From: an uncultured Anaerolineae bacterium | GTDB taxonomy: Bacteria > Chloroflexota > Anaerolineae > S016-19 | NCBI GenBank assembly: GCA_964516345.1 | Contig: CAZEXY010000004.1 | Location: 16,949 to 51,937, forward strand | Length of the DNA: 34,989 nt | Direction: 5' to 3' | Shown: positions 27,172 to 34,804 of the stretch, piece after piece | How the letters are laid out: the number at the start of each line of letters is the position of its first letter | Numbering within the stretch: the stretch's first letter is position 1 | The notes under the pieces: generated by a model | What the model was told of the DNA's origin: nothing | What the model saw: the letters and a program-made list of their open reading frames with translations, nothing else | Databases searched by the model: none | Program-made: the position numbers and the translations under genes

Positions 27172-27743
27172 TTGATAAACTCCCGTTCTTTGAATGCTTT
27201 CCGAAGGGCTTTCAGAGTCCTGTAGTATATGGACTTGACGGCGGATTCGCTTTTGCCCATTATCCTGCCTATCTCCGCGTGAGTTGCTCCCTCGGCGAAC
27301 TTGAGGACGAGAACTTCCTGCCAATCCGATGGCAGCTTTTTGACCAGTTGCCTCAGTTCCTCCCGCATCTCGCTCAGAAGGACGATGTCCTCCACGTTGT
27401 GTCCATCCGTGCGTGATCTGTGCACGGAATCGAGGGAGACGGTCTTGTGTCGTTCGTTGTCCCTGAACCAGTTCGCCACGGTGTTGTGGGCGATCCTGTA
27501 GAGCCATGCTTCGAACGGCGCTCCTCGAAATTCGTACCTTGGGAGGGCTTCCAGTGCGCGTTGAAAGGTCGTGGAAGTCAGCTCCTCCGCAGTCACACGA
27601 TCGCGCACGCGGTAATACAGGTACGTATAGATTTTGTCCACGTACTTTTCGTAAAGGGCGGCGAAAGCGTGCGGGTCTCGCTTGGCCCTTTCGACCAGTA
27701 TTTGGTCTTCAGCGCCCATCTCGCCACTCATCGTATAGAACAC
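27168..27743 (-). CDS. ECF-type (sigma-70 family group 4) RNA polymerase sigma factor
   Basis: Region 2 (FAALYEKYVDKIYTYLYYRV ... FEAWLYRIAHNTVANWFR) and region 4 HTH (VLVLKFAEGATHAEIGRIMGKSESAVKSIYYRTLKALR). The start is uncertain: GTG at 27743, or ATG at 27731 or 27719. Confidence 0.88.
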   Translation of the reverse strand: MFYTMSGEMGAEDQILVERAKRDPHAFAALYEKYVDKIYTYLYYRVRDRVTAEELTSTTFQRALEALPRYEFRGAPFEAWLYRIAHNTVANWFRDNERHKTVSLDSVHRSRTDGHNVEDIVLLSEMREELRQLVKKLPSDWQEVLVLKFAEGATHAEIGRIMGKSESAVKSIYYRTLKALRKAFKEREFIK

Positions 27744-27771
27744 GTGTTTCCGAAACCTGTCGCGCCATCGA

Positions 27772-28974
27772 TCAAGTTCTCCTCAAAGGGAGTAAGAGAA
27801 AGGCTGTTGCCGCCAATCCGGCCATCAGGGCCCCGAAATAAAACGTGGCCGCTGGGGAGATTTTATCCCATAACACGCCGGCAACAAAACTCGCGGGGAA
27901 TGCACTGAGACCCACCGCGGCATGATACAGGCCGTAAGCCGTCGCCCTACCTTCCTGTGGGACGATATCCGCCACCAGCGCCCTGGCCGTACCCTCTGTG
28001 GTGCCATAGTAGACTCCGTAGAGGAAGTAGAAACCGATCAGCACGGCAACGCTTCGCGCCTTGGCGAAGCCAAGGTACGTCAGGGTGTAGATGCTCCATC
28101 CGAGCAGGATCACCCGTTTTCTTCCCCATGAATCCGAGAGCGCCCCGGCCGGCATGGAAAGGATGGTATAGAAGACGTTGAACCCGACCAGCACCAGTGA
28201 GATGCCAAGGGTGGAAAGTCCAAGGTTTCTGGCGCGCAGGATCAGGAAGGCATCGCTGGAATTTCCCAGGGTGAAGAGCACGATTATCCCGAGGAAGAGG
28301 TAGAACGTCGAAGGGAACCTGACCGCCTGCCTGGTGGGCACCGGCTCGCCTTTTGCCTTTGGGCGCTTTTCTTCCACCATGGCCGCGATTATGAGCACTG
28401 CGATGAACCCCGGGATCATCCCGATGAGCACTATGTCTCGATACGTCCGCAGGCTCAGAGCTAAGGCACCGCGCTGTGTGAGTGCGATCACAGCAGCGGC
28501 TCCGGCGAGCCCCAGGACGGCGCCGCCGGTATCCGCAGCCCGATGCCATCCGAAGGCCTTTCCTCTTTCTTCGTAAGGTGCGGAATCCGCCAGAAGGGCG
28601 TCCCGCGGGGATGTGCGGATTCCTTTCCCAACGCGATCCAGCCACCTTATGATCAGCACCGCGGGCCAGCTTCCGGCTACGGCCAGGAACGGCTTGCTGA
28701 ACGCCGAAAGGGAATATCCTGCTACGGCCAGCTTCTTCCTTGCGCGTATCCTGTCCGAAAGCCACCCCGAAGCTATTTTCAGGAGGCTTGCCGTGGCTTC
28801 TGCCGTGCCTTCTATCAGCCCGATTATCGAGGTGGGGACGCCGAGCACGTCGTAGAGAAAGAGTGGAAGCAGGGTAAGCGTCATCTCGGAGCTGATATCG
28901 TTGAAAAAGCTAACCAGTCCCAGATAGAAGACATTCCTTTCAAGCCCCAGTATCCTCTTTGCCCCTTTTTTCAT
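27772..28974 (-). CDS. MFS transporter
   Basis: 400 aa with about 12 TM segments. MFS loop motif GWLSDRIRARKK between TM2 and TM3, and a second-half equivalent LSDSWGRKR. GGAGAG lies upstream. Confidence 0.85.
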   Translation of the reverse strand: MKKGAKRILGLERNVFYLGLVSFFNDISSEMTLTLLPLFLYDVLGVPTSIIGLIEGTAEATASLLKIASGWLSDRIRARKKLAVAGYSLSAFSKPFLAVAGSWPAVLIIRWLDRVGKGIRTSPRDALLADSAPYEERGKAFGWHRAADTGGAVLGLAGAAAVIALTQRGALALSLRTYRDIVLIGMIPGFIAVLIIAAMVEEKRPKAKGEPVPTRQAVRFPSTFYLFLGIIVLFTLGNSSDAFLILRARNLGLSTLGISLVLVGFNVFYTILSMPAGALSDSWGRKRVILLGWSIYTLTYLGFAKARSVAVLIGFYFLYGVYYGTTEGTARALVADIVPQEGRATAYGLYHAAVGLSAFPASFVAGVLWDKISPAATFYFGALMAGLAATAFLLLPLRRT

Positions 28975-29329
28975 CTTTCTCTCCGAAAAACCTTGCGGGA
29001 TACGTTGCGTCGTAATGATAACACTTTATGGGGTTCTTTGCTACACCTTTGGGAGTTGCGCAGTTGAGATAGTCGGTTGTTCTTGAGTTCCTTTCCCGGG
29101 GGTGCAGGAACAAAGGACTGGTGGATCGACGGGCAACTTGCTGTAGGTGGCTCTGCAGAGAGACCCTGCGAAACGAAGGATACGGGATGTGGTTCAGGGG
29201 TAAAGGAGGGTTTCATCTGACCTTCCGTCCATTTTTGTGGGTTTCGGCTCTGGTTGCGTCAGGGCGTGAAACACGGGGGACTTTTTTGCGTCATGCATGT
29301 GGAAATTTGTGAAAAAACGGCTTGCCCCC

Positions 29330-29358
29330 TTGACAAAGGTGTCCTGTTTGTGTACAAT
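29330..29358 (+). promoter_or_regulatory. Near-consensus promoter of the membrane protein / regulator operon
   Basis: TTGACA (29330-29335), a 17-nt spacer, then TACAAT (29353-29358). Confidence 0.6.
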
Positions 29359-29359
29359 T

Positions 29360-29386
29360 AAAGTGCTTTGTATTGCAGAGTACTTT
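29360..29386 (+). promoter_or_regulatory. Imperfect inverted repeat just downstream of the -10; a candidate operator
   Basis: AAAGTGCT ttgtattgcag AGTACTTT. The half-sites AAAGTGC and GTACTTT are complementary apart from one mismatch. The repeat overlaps the predicted transcription start of an operon that encodes a winged-helix regulator. Confidence 0.3.
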
Positions 29387-29417
29387 ATAGACAAAATATG
29401 ATGAAGGAGGGTTGGAT

Positions 29418-29981
29418 ATGGACGTGACGAAAGAAGAAGCAAGGGAATCGTTGAAGGCCATCGAGGAGGTGCAAAGGCAGACCCGGAAAGCTGTGGCACA
29501 TGGTGGAGTCCCTTACTACTTGATGCTCTGGGGCGTGGTTTGGTTCCTTGGGTACCTGGGCAATCAGTTTCTTGGCAGCAAGGCTTCGGGTACCGTGTGG
29601 ATGGTCCTGGTCGGTGTGGGGATCGTCGGTTCGGTGGCGATTGGTGCGTGGGTTTCGAGGCATGTCCGAAGGAAGTTTCAGGATTATCGCATTGGGCTTT
29701 TCTGGCTCGCGCTGCTTTTGTACGCTTCTCTGGCTGTGTGGGTAGCGAAGCCTACAAGCAACGAAGAAATCTCTTTCCTCATCACTCTGTTCGTGATGCT
29801 GGGCTACGTGGTGATGGGACTCTGGATGTGGGGTCCGCTGGGATGGATCGGTGTAGGCGTTACGGCGGTGGCTACCGTTGCCTATTTGCTGGCGCCGTCT
29901 TTCTTCGACCTGGTCATGGCCATCCTGGGTGGAGGGGTGTTGTTCTTCAGCGGTCTCTATATCTTGAAGAACTGGAGGTGA
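29418..29981 (+). CDS. Membrane protein of unknown function
   Basis: A charged amphipathic N-terminus (MDVTKEEARESLKAIEEVQRQTRK) is followed by five or six TM helices. The ATG at 29418 lies 6 nt after GAAGGAGGG. No family recognised. Confidence 0.65.
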   Translation: MDVTKEEARESLKAIEEVQRQTRKAVAHGGVPYYLMLWGVVWFLGYLGNQFLGSKASGTVWMVLVGVGIVGSVAIGAWVSRHVRRKFQDYRIGLFWLALLLYASLAVWVAKPTSNEEISFLITLFVMLGYVVMGLWMWGPLGWIGVGVTAVATVAYLLAPSFFDLVMAILGGGVLFFSGLYILKNWR

Positions 29982-29984
29982 GCC

Positions 29985-30275
29985 ATGGCGACGCTCGACC
30001 CAATCATCCATCAGCCGGTGCGCCTCAGAATCATGGCTGCTTTGACGGCGCTCGATGATGACGCTCAGTTGGATTTCGTCGCTCTCCGTGATTTGCTTGA
30101 GGTCACCGATGGTAATCTGGGGGCTCACCTTCGGAAGCTGGAAGAAGCGGGGTATGTTTCCATCGAAAAGACCTTCGTGGCCCGCAAGCCTCGCACTTAC
30201 GTTTCTGTCACTCCGGAAGGTCGAAGGGCGTTCGAGGAGCATGTGAAGGCCTTGAAGGAGATCCTCGGTACGTGA
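29985..30275 (+). CDS. Winged-helix transcriptional regulator (HTH_34 / MarR-ArsR-like)
   Basis: 96 aa. IHQPVRLRIMAALTAL ... LRDLLEVTDGNLGAHLRKLEEAGYVSIEK...KPRTYVSVTPEGRRAFEEH is the typical small wHTH pattern. GGAGGTGA lies upstream. Confidence 0.8.
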   Translation: MATLDPIIHQPVRLRIMAALTALDDDAQLDFVALRDLLEVTDGNLGAHLRKLEEAGYVSIEKTFVARKPRTYVSVTPEGRRAFEEHVKALKEILGT

Positions 30276-30368
30276 GAAGCGTCTTGCTCCGGCCGCCGTC
30301 GGTCTGGAGTTGCGCTACACCGCCGAAATGGTGTACAAAACCGTTAATCAGAGGTTGCGAGGGGCGGT

Positions 30369-32273
30369 GTGGTGCTTTCTCAGGCGTTTGAGTTTTCGAA
30401 GAATCGAACCGTCGAGTTCATAGGAGTTGCCGGGGCTGTGCTCTGGGCCGGCATCCTCAGGATGACGTGGCCTGGAGTCAGCCCCTTTGCTTATGACGAG
30501 GCAGAACTCAGCAGGCTTGCGTTGGAATTGGCGAGGGCAGGGCATATTCCGGTGACCGGAATGATTTCTTCTGCGGGGGTGCCGAACCTGCCTGCTTCCG
30601 TGTGGATATTCGCTCTCCCGTATGCTGTATCCACCAATCCGGAAGCTGCCGTCCTGTTCGTGGCTTTGTTGAACATCCTCGGTGTGATAGGGGTTTGGTG
30701 GGTTGCGAGGCGGGCGGGAAATGGATGGGCCGGTGTGGCTGCTGCCTGGTTGCTTGCCGGTTCTCCTTACGGCGTCTTCTATTCGAGGGGCATCTGGGCG
30801 CAGGATTTGCTTGTTCCCCTCTCGGTGCTATGGGCCGTTACAGGTTTGATCTCCCTGGAGAAGAGAAGGGGTAAGTGGTTGTTCTTTCACGGGTTCGTTT
30901 CTGCCCTGGCTCCACAGGTACATTACGCCGGGTTCGTGCTCCCGGTGCTGAGCGTATTCGTCGGAATTTTTCATCGTTTCAGGTGGGAGTGGCTTCCTTT
31001 CTTCATCGGCGCATTGGCTTCTGCGTTGACTCTGGTACCGTTGGTTTTGCGGGTTCTTTCGGGTTCGTTCAGGTTGGGATTCGGAAGCGGGCATCTGCAC
31101 TTTGGGTTCGATGGAGTGAAGCTTGCTGCTACGCTTCTTTCGGGATACGGCTGGGATTGGCTCTTCATCGGAAATAAATGGCACCTCGGCGACGGTGCCG
31201 CCCCAAGGGTGATCGGTGACGTTTTGTTGGGGCTTGCCGGGGTCGGCTTGTTGCTCTTGATTCTTCGCCTGAGGAAGGGTGAACGTCGTTCACCGTCGGG
31301 GTTGCTGTTGATTTGGGCTGTTGGCGCTCCGGCGCTCTGGGTAGCCCATTTCCTCCCTTCGAGACTCCACTACCAGCTGATCTCGCTCCCGGCGCTCTTT
31401 GCCGTTTCCGGGCAGGCGGTCGCGTTCTTGCCCAAACGACCTTTGCGGGCGGCGTTGTTGGGGCTGGTGATTCTCTTTTCGCTGATTCAAGGTGGGCTTT
31501 TTGCCAGGGGGATTGCCATTGCCGGCAGTAAAGTGACGCACGGGGGCATAAGCACGCCCTTGAAGTACCACTTGAATGCGGTGGGGGAAGCCAAAGATGG
31601 TAATCCGGTTATCGGCGTTGTGCCGGACACCGACTTGCGCACCGGGGGAGATGCGGCCATTTTCGATGTTTTGCTCTGGGGGTATCCGCATAGATTGGTC
31701 AACGGCACGTATTCGATGGTGTGGCCATCGGCGGCAGCGAATCTGTTGTTCGTCGGCCCGTGGATGCCCGCATGGGTGGAGAACGAAGGCGATCTATCCA
31801 GGAACGGCAGGGTGGAGTTCATACGACGCAGGGAAGGGGCGGTGTATCCGTACGTGCTCGTCCGTCTCGAAGGAGGTACACGCCCGGAGGGGTTCAATCG
31901 CGTGAGAGGGAAAGCGCTTTCCAACGGTTTGATACTCGAAGGATGGAGAGCGCATCCACTTGGAACCTGGATGCGCTTCGTTACCTTGTGGAAGGTTGGC
32001 AAGGTCGGCAAACGCGCCGATTATCATCAGTTCAATCATCTCTATGTGGCCGGCACGGATAAGCCGGTGGCGGGGCAGGACACTCCCACTTCCTCCGACG
32101 CCTGGGAAGAAGGGGATTATCTGATCACCTGGGCGGACTTCCCGTCGCCTCCCGGAGGGAGGATGAAGATGGCGGTGGGGATGTACGAATACCCGTCTAT
32201 GAAACGAGTTCCCTGGCTTGGTGTTGCGAACCCCGATTCTCCTGTGTTCCTGGGACCGTTCGAACTGAAGTAA
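30369..32273 (+). CDS. GT-C fold membrane glycosyltransferase (GT39/GT83, PMT/ArnT-like) with a C-terminal extracytoplasmic domain
   Basis: About 11-13 TM helices. An acidic DE motif sits in the first external loop (SPFAYDEAELS). This is the layout typical of ArnT/PMT_2-type enzymes, followed by a soluble tail of about 230 aa. GTG start. Confidence 0.75.
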   Translation: MVLSQAFEFSKNRTVEFIGVAGAVLWAGILRMTWPGVSPFAYDEAELSRLALELARAGHIPVTGMISSAGVPNLPASVWIFALPYAVSTNPEAAVLFVALLNILGVIGVWWVARRAGNGWAGVAAAWLLAGSPYGVFYSRGIWAQDLLVPLSVLWAVTGLISLEKRRGKWLFFHGFVSALAPQVHYAGFVLPVLSVFVGIFHRFRWEWLPFFIGALASALTLVPLVLRVLSGSFRLGFGSGHLHFGFDGVKLAATLLSGYGWDWLFIGNKWHLGDGAAPRVIGDVLLGLAGVGLLLLILRLRKGERRSPSGLLLIWAVGAPALWVAHFLPSRLHYQLISLPALFAVSGQAVAFLPKRPLRAALLGLVILFSLIQGGLFARGIAIAGSKVTHGGISTPLKYHLNAVGEAKDGNPVIGVVPDTDLRTGGDAAIFDVLLWGYPHRLVNGTYSMVWPSAAANLLFVGPWMPAWVENEGDLSRNGRVEFIRRREGAVYPYVLVRLEGGTRPEGFNRVRGKALSNGLILEGWRAHPLGTWMRFVTLWKVGKVGKRADYHQFNHLYVAGTDKPVAGQDTPTSSDAWEEGDYLITWADFPSPPGGRMKMAVGMYEYPSMKRVPWLGVANPDSPVFLGPFELK

Positions 32274-32285
32274 AGGAGGTTCGAC

Positions 32286-32924
32286 ATGATCTTCGATGTA
32301 ACTCTTCCGATCTACGAGGATATGATAGTGTGGCCCGGAGATCCGGAGATTTCCGTGGAGCGGAAGGAAGAAGACGGATTTTACGTTTCGAAGCTGTGCA
32401 TGGGTACACATTCCGGCACTCATATCGATCCTCCGAAGCATATAGGTAAGGGCTTCGATGGAGCGGATTCGATTCCGTTGCACCGGTTGTTGGGCCCATG
32501 CCGTGTGGCGGATGTGTCCGGACATGGGATCGTGACGGAGCAGGTGCTGGAGGATGCCGGGATTCCTTCGCACACCGTCAGGTTGCTTCTCAAAACGGAC
32601 AACAGCCGCTGGATCGGCACCGAGAAGGAGTTCCGGGAAGATTTCGTAGGGCTGTCGGAAGATGCTGCCAGGTGGTTGGTCTCCCGTGGAATCGAGGTCG
32701 TGGGGATCGACGGGTATTCGATAGAACCTTACGATGGTACTGGAGCCGTGCATCACATCCTGCTCGAGAACGGCGTTGTAATCGTGGAGAACCTGGTTTT
32801 GAGAGACGTTCCGGAGGGAAGTTACGAGCTTTTGTGTCTGCCGTTGAAGCTGGTGGAAGGCGATGGCGCCCCTGTGAGGGTGGTGCTGCGAAGCGATGCT
32901 ATCGACGAGGGGGTATCGTCATGA
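32286..32924 (+). CDS. Cyclase family protein / kynurenine formamidase-like
   Basis: Signature HSGTHIDPPKH (HxGTHxDxPxH) and a size of about 210 aa. AAGGAGG RBS. It starts 12 nt after the GT-C gene. Confidence 0.82.
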   Translation: MIFDVTLPIYEDMIVWPGDPEISVERKEEDGFYVSKLCMGTHSGTHIDPPKHIGKGFDGADSIPLHRLLGPCRVADVSGHGIVTEQVLEDAGIPSHTVRLLLKTDNSRWIGTEKEFREDFVGLSEDAARWLVSRGIEVVGIDGYSIEPYDGTGAVHHILLENGVVIVENLVLRDVPEGSYELLCLPLKLVEGDGAPVRVVLRSDAIDEGVSS

Positions 32925-33625
32925 AAAAATTGTGGCTGTTGATCCTGTTCCTGTTGCCGGCTATGGCATGCGGAAATCTCGTGCCGACTCCAACCCCTGC
33001 GCCTTTCCCGTCCCCTACGCCCACCGTGCTGCCGACCATGCCGGCTCGTCCTTTGTGGACTCCTTCGCCTACTCCACCGCCGCCTCCCCCTACGGCTACG
33101 GCGACCCCTCTTCCTTCCCTGAGGGAGGGCGAGAAAGCCCGGGTGGTGGTATCTCAGATCCTCAACGTCAGGGAGAGCCCCGGGGTTCACTCTCATCGCA
33201 TCGGCAGACTTCCTCCGAGGGCTTTGGTAAAAGTCCTGCAGGGGCCGGTTCAGAAGGACGGATACACGTGGTGGCAGATCGATGACGGTTACGGATTGGT
33301 CGGATGGGTGGTGGAAGGGGATAGAGAGGGAAAATGGCTCGTTCCTGCAAACGCTCCGATGCCCACGCCTCGCCCGAGGACCATACGGGTGGGGCACTGG
33401 GCTGTGGTGGATACCAGGGGCGCAGAATGGCTCACCATGAGAACCAGGCCTTCCACCGATGCGACGATAATGGCAAAGCATCCTCCCGGGGACAGGTTGA
33501 AAGTGCTCGGCGGCCCGATAATGAGGGAAGGATATATCTGGTGGAGGGTCGAGGACAGCAGGCACAGGGTTGGCTGGGTCACTTCGGGTGACGGCATAGA
33601 TAGGTGGATGTATGGGGAAAAGTAG
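32921..33625 (+). CDS. Lipoprotein with a Pro/Thr-rich linker and two bacterial SH3-like domains
   Basis: Signal peptide plus lipobox-like MKKLWLLILFLLPAMAC. Linker TPTPAPFPSPTPTVLPTMPARPLWTPSPTPPPPPPTATATP. Two repeats of the SH3b-like pattern (VNVRESPG...GYTWWQI..GLVGWV and LTMRTRPS...GYIWWRV..HRVGWV). The start overlaps the upstream stop as ATGA. Confidence 0.8.
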   Translation: MKKLWLLILFLLPAMACGNLVPTPTPAPFPSPTPTVLPTMPARPLWTPSPTPPPPPPTATATPLPSLREGEKARVVVSQILNVRESPGVHSHRIGRLPPRALVKVLQGPVQKDGYTWWQIDDGYGLVGWVVEGDREGKWLVPANAPMPTPRPRTIRVGHWAVVDTRGAEWLTMRTRPSTDATIMAKHPPGDRLKVLGGPIMREGYIWWRVEDSRHRVGWVTSGDGIDRWMYGEK

Positions 33626-33751
33626 CGAGTCAACGGATGGTGGCTCGACGAACAGGTGAACGGGCGGAGCGAGTCCTCAAGAGAGGTGTGGTTCATGGCA
33701 CGGCTCGATCGGACTATGAGTCTGTTCGATCCATACCTTGAGCTCTGTGAT

Positions 33752-33780
33752 TTGCTTTAACGGGAGTTCTGTGTTAGGAT
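33752..33780 (+). promoter_or_regulatory. Putative promoter of the terminal lipoprotein gene
   Basis: TTGCTT, a 17-nt spacer, then TAGGAT. It lies about 40 nt upstream of the GTG start. Confidence 0.4.
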
Positions 33781-33822
33781 GAAGAACTTCTGTCAAGAAG
33801 TAATATCTCGGGAGGAAATGTT

Positions 33823-34797
33823 GTGAAAAGTAAAGTAAGGTTTGTGTTGCTTCTCGCTCTTGTGCTTACGATCGCGGCTGTATTGAGCGCATGCGGGAGC
33901 AAGGGAAGTTCGAACGAAGAAAAACCGGGTGCAACCGCGATTGCTACCAGGACACAAGTGGTGGAGAAGGTAAAACCTACCGATACTCCCACGGCCACTC
34001 CGGTGAAAGTGGATACCCCTACGCCCGCGAAGCCCGTTGCGAAAGCTACGGAGGCGGCCGGCAATCTCAAGAAGGTCGAGGCTTCTGAGGAAGCCATGAA
34101 GAAAGTACTGGAGAAATTCGACTCCTACAAGGCAGAAACAAGCTTCGACATCATCCTGAAGCTCAAGGATGGTTCTGAGAAGAAAATCCACGCTTCTATG
34201 ATGAGGACGGTGGTCAACAGACCGGAGAAGAAAGTGGAGTTCTACATGAAGACCGACGGCATCGGAGCGGAAGGGGCCAACGGTATGCATCTCATAGCCA
34301 TCGGAAGCCAGGCTTGGATGAAAATGGGAGACGACTCTCCGTGGATGAATGTGCCGGTTTCTTCCATCGATGAGGTAATCGATTCGATGGGTGGGCTTTC
34401 TTCTGCCGGACCGTCGGAGATATATGCCGAAAACAGCTTGAAGAAAGGCTCCAGGAAATTCGGTCCTGTCAAATGCGATGTCTACAAGTTCGACAAGCAT
34501 GACATCGTGGTTCTCTCCAAGAAATATCCTGAAGAATTTACCGACGAAGAGAGGACCTCTTTTGCAAGGATAGAGAAGTTCAGTGGCTCTGGGTGCGTTA
34601 CCAAAGACGGGGTGGCCCTCGTTTCCGGCATGGAAATGTCGACCACCAATACCGCCGATATGGGATTCGACGACCAGACTCTACAGGAGTGGGGCGTTAC
34701 TTCCGATCAGGTGAAAGAGATGGTGCTGAAGTCGTCCAGCGGTTTGGTGGAAGTGAACAAGAACTTCGACATCAAACCTCCTCAATCCGGCGGATGA
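33823..34797 (+). CDS. Lys-rich lipoprotein of unknown function with a Thr/Pro-rich linker
   Basis: Signal peptide plus lipobox MKSKVRFVLLLALVLTIAAVLSAC. Linker KPTDTPTATPVKVDTPTPAKP. GGAGG lies 7 nt upstream of the GTG. No family recognised. Confidence 0.75.
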   Translation: MKSKVRFVLLLALVLTIAAVLSACGSKGSSNEEKPGATAIATRTQVVEKVKPTDTPTATPVKVDTPTPAKPVAKATEAAGNLKKVEASEEAMKKVLEKFDSYKAETSFDIILKLKDGSEKKIHASMMRTVVNRPEKKVEFYMKTDGIGAEGANGMHLIAIGSQAWMKMGDDSPWMNVPVSSIDEVIDSMGGLSSAGPSEIYAENSLKKGSRKFGPVKCDVYKFDKHDIVVLSKKYPEEFTDEERTSFARIEKFSGSGCVTKDGVALVSGMEMSTTNTADMGFDDQTLQEWGVTSDQVKEMVLKSSSGLVEVNKNFDIKPPQSGG

Positions 34798-34804
34798 TGT
34801 TGCA

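Noticed and set aside
28971-29216. An 81-codon minus-strand ORF whose stop overlaps the MFS start as ATGA and which has GGAAGG 4 nt before its ATG.
   Set aside because: The sequence is Pro/Ser-rich and then Arg/Lys-rich, low complexity, with no motif. By hand its third-position GC looks lower and less biased than in real genes here, and it contains many codons that look rare (TTA, CTA, TCA, CGA). The MFS gene also has its own RBS. A regulatory upstream ORF cannot be excluded without ribosome profiling.
29121-29312. A 63-codon plus-strand ORF in the MFS upstream region.
   Set aside because: The translation is Trp/Cys/Arg-rich. There is no RBS, and it lies upstream of the strong promoter at 29330. 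It is most likely non-coding.
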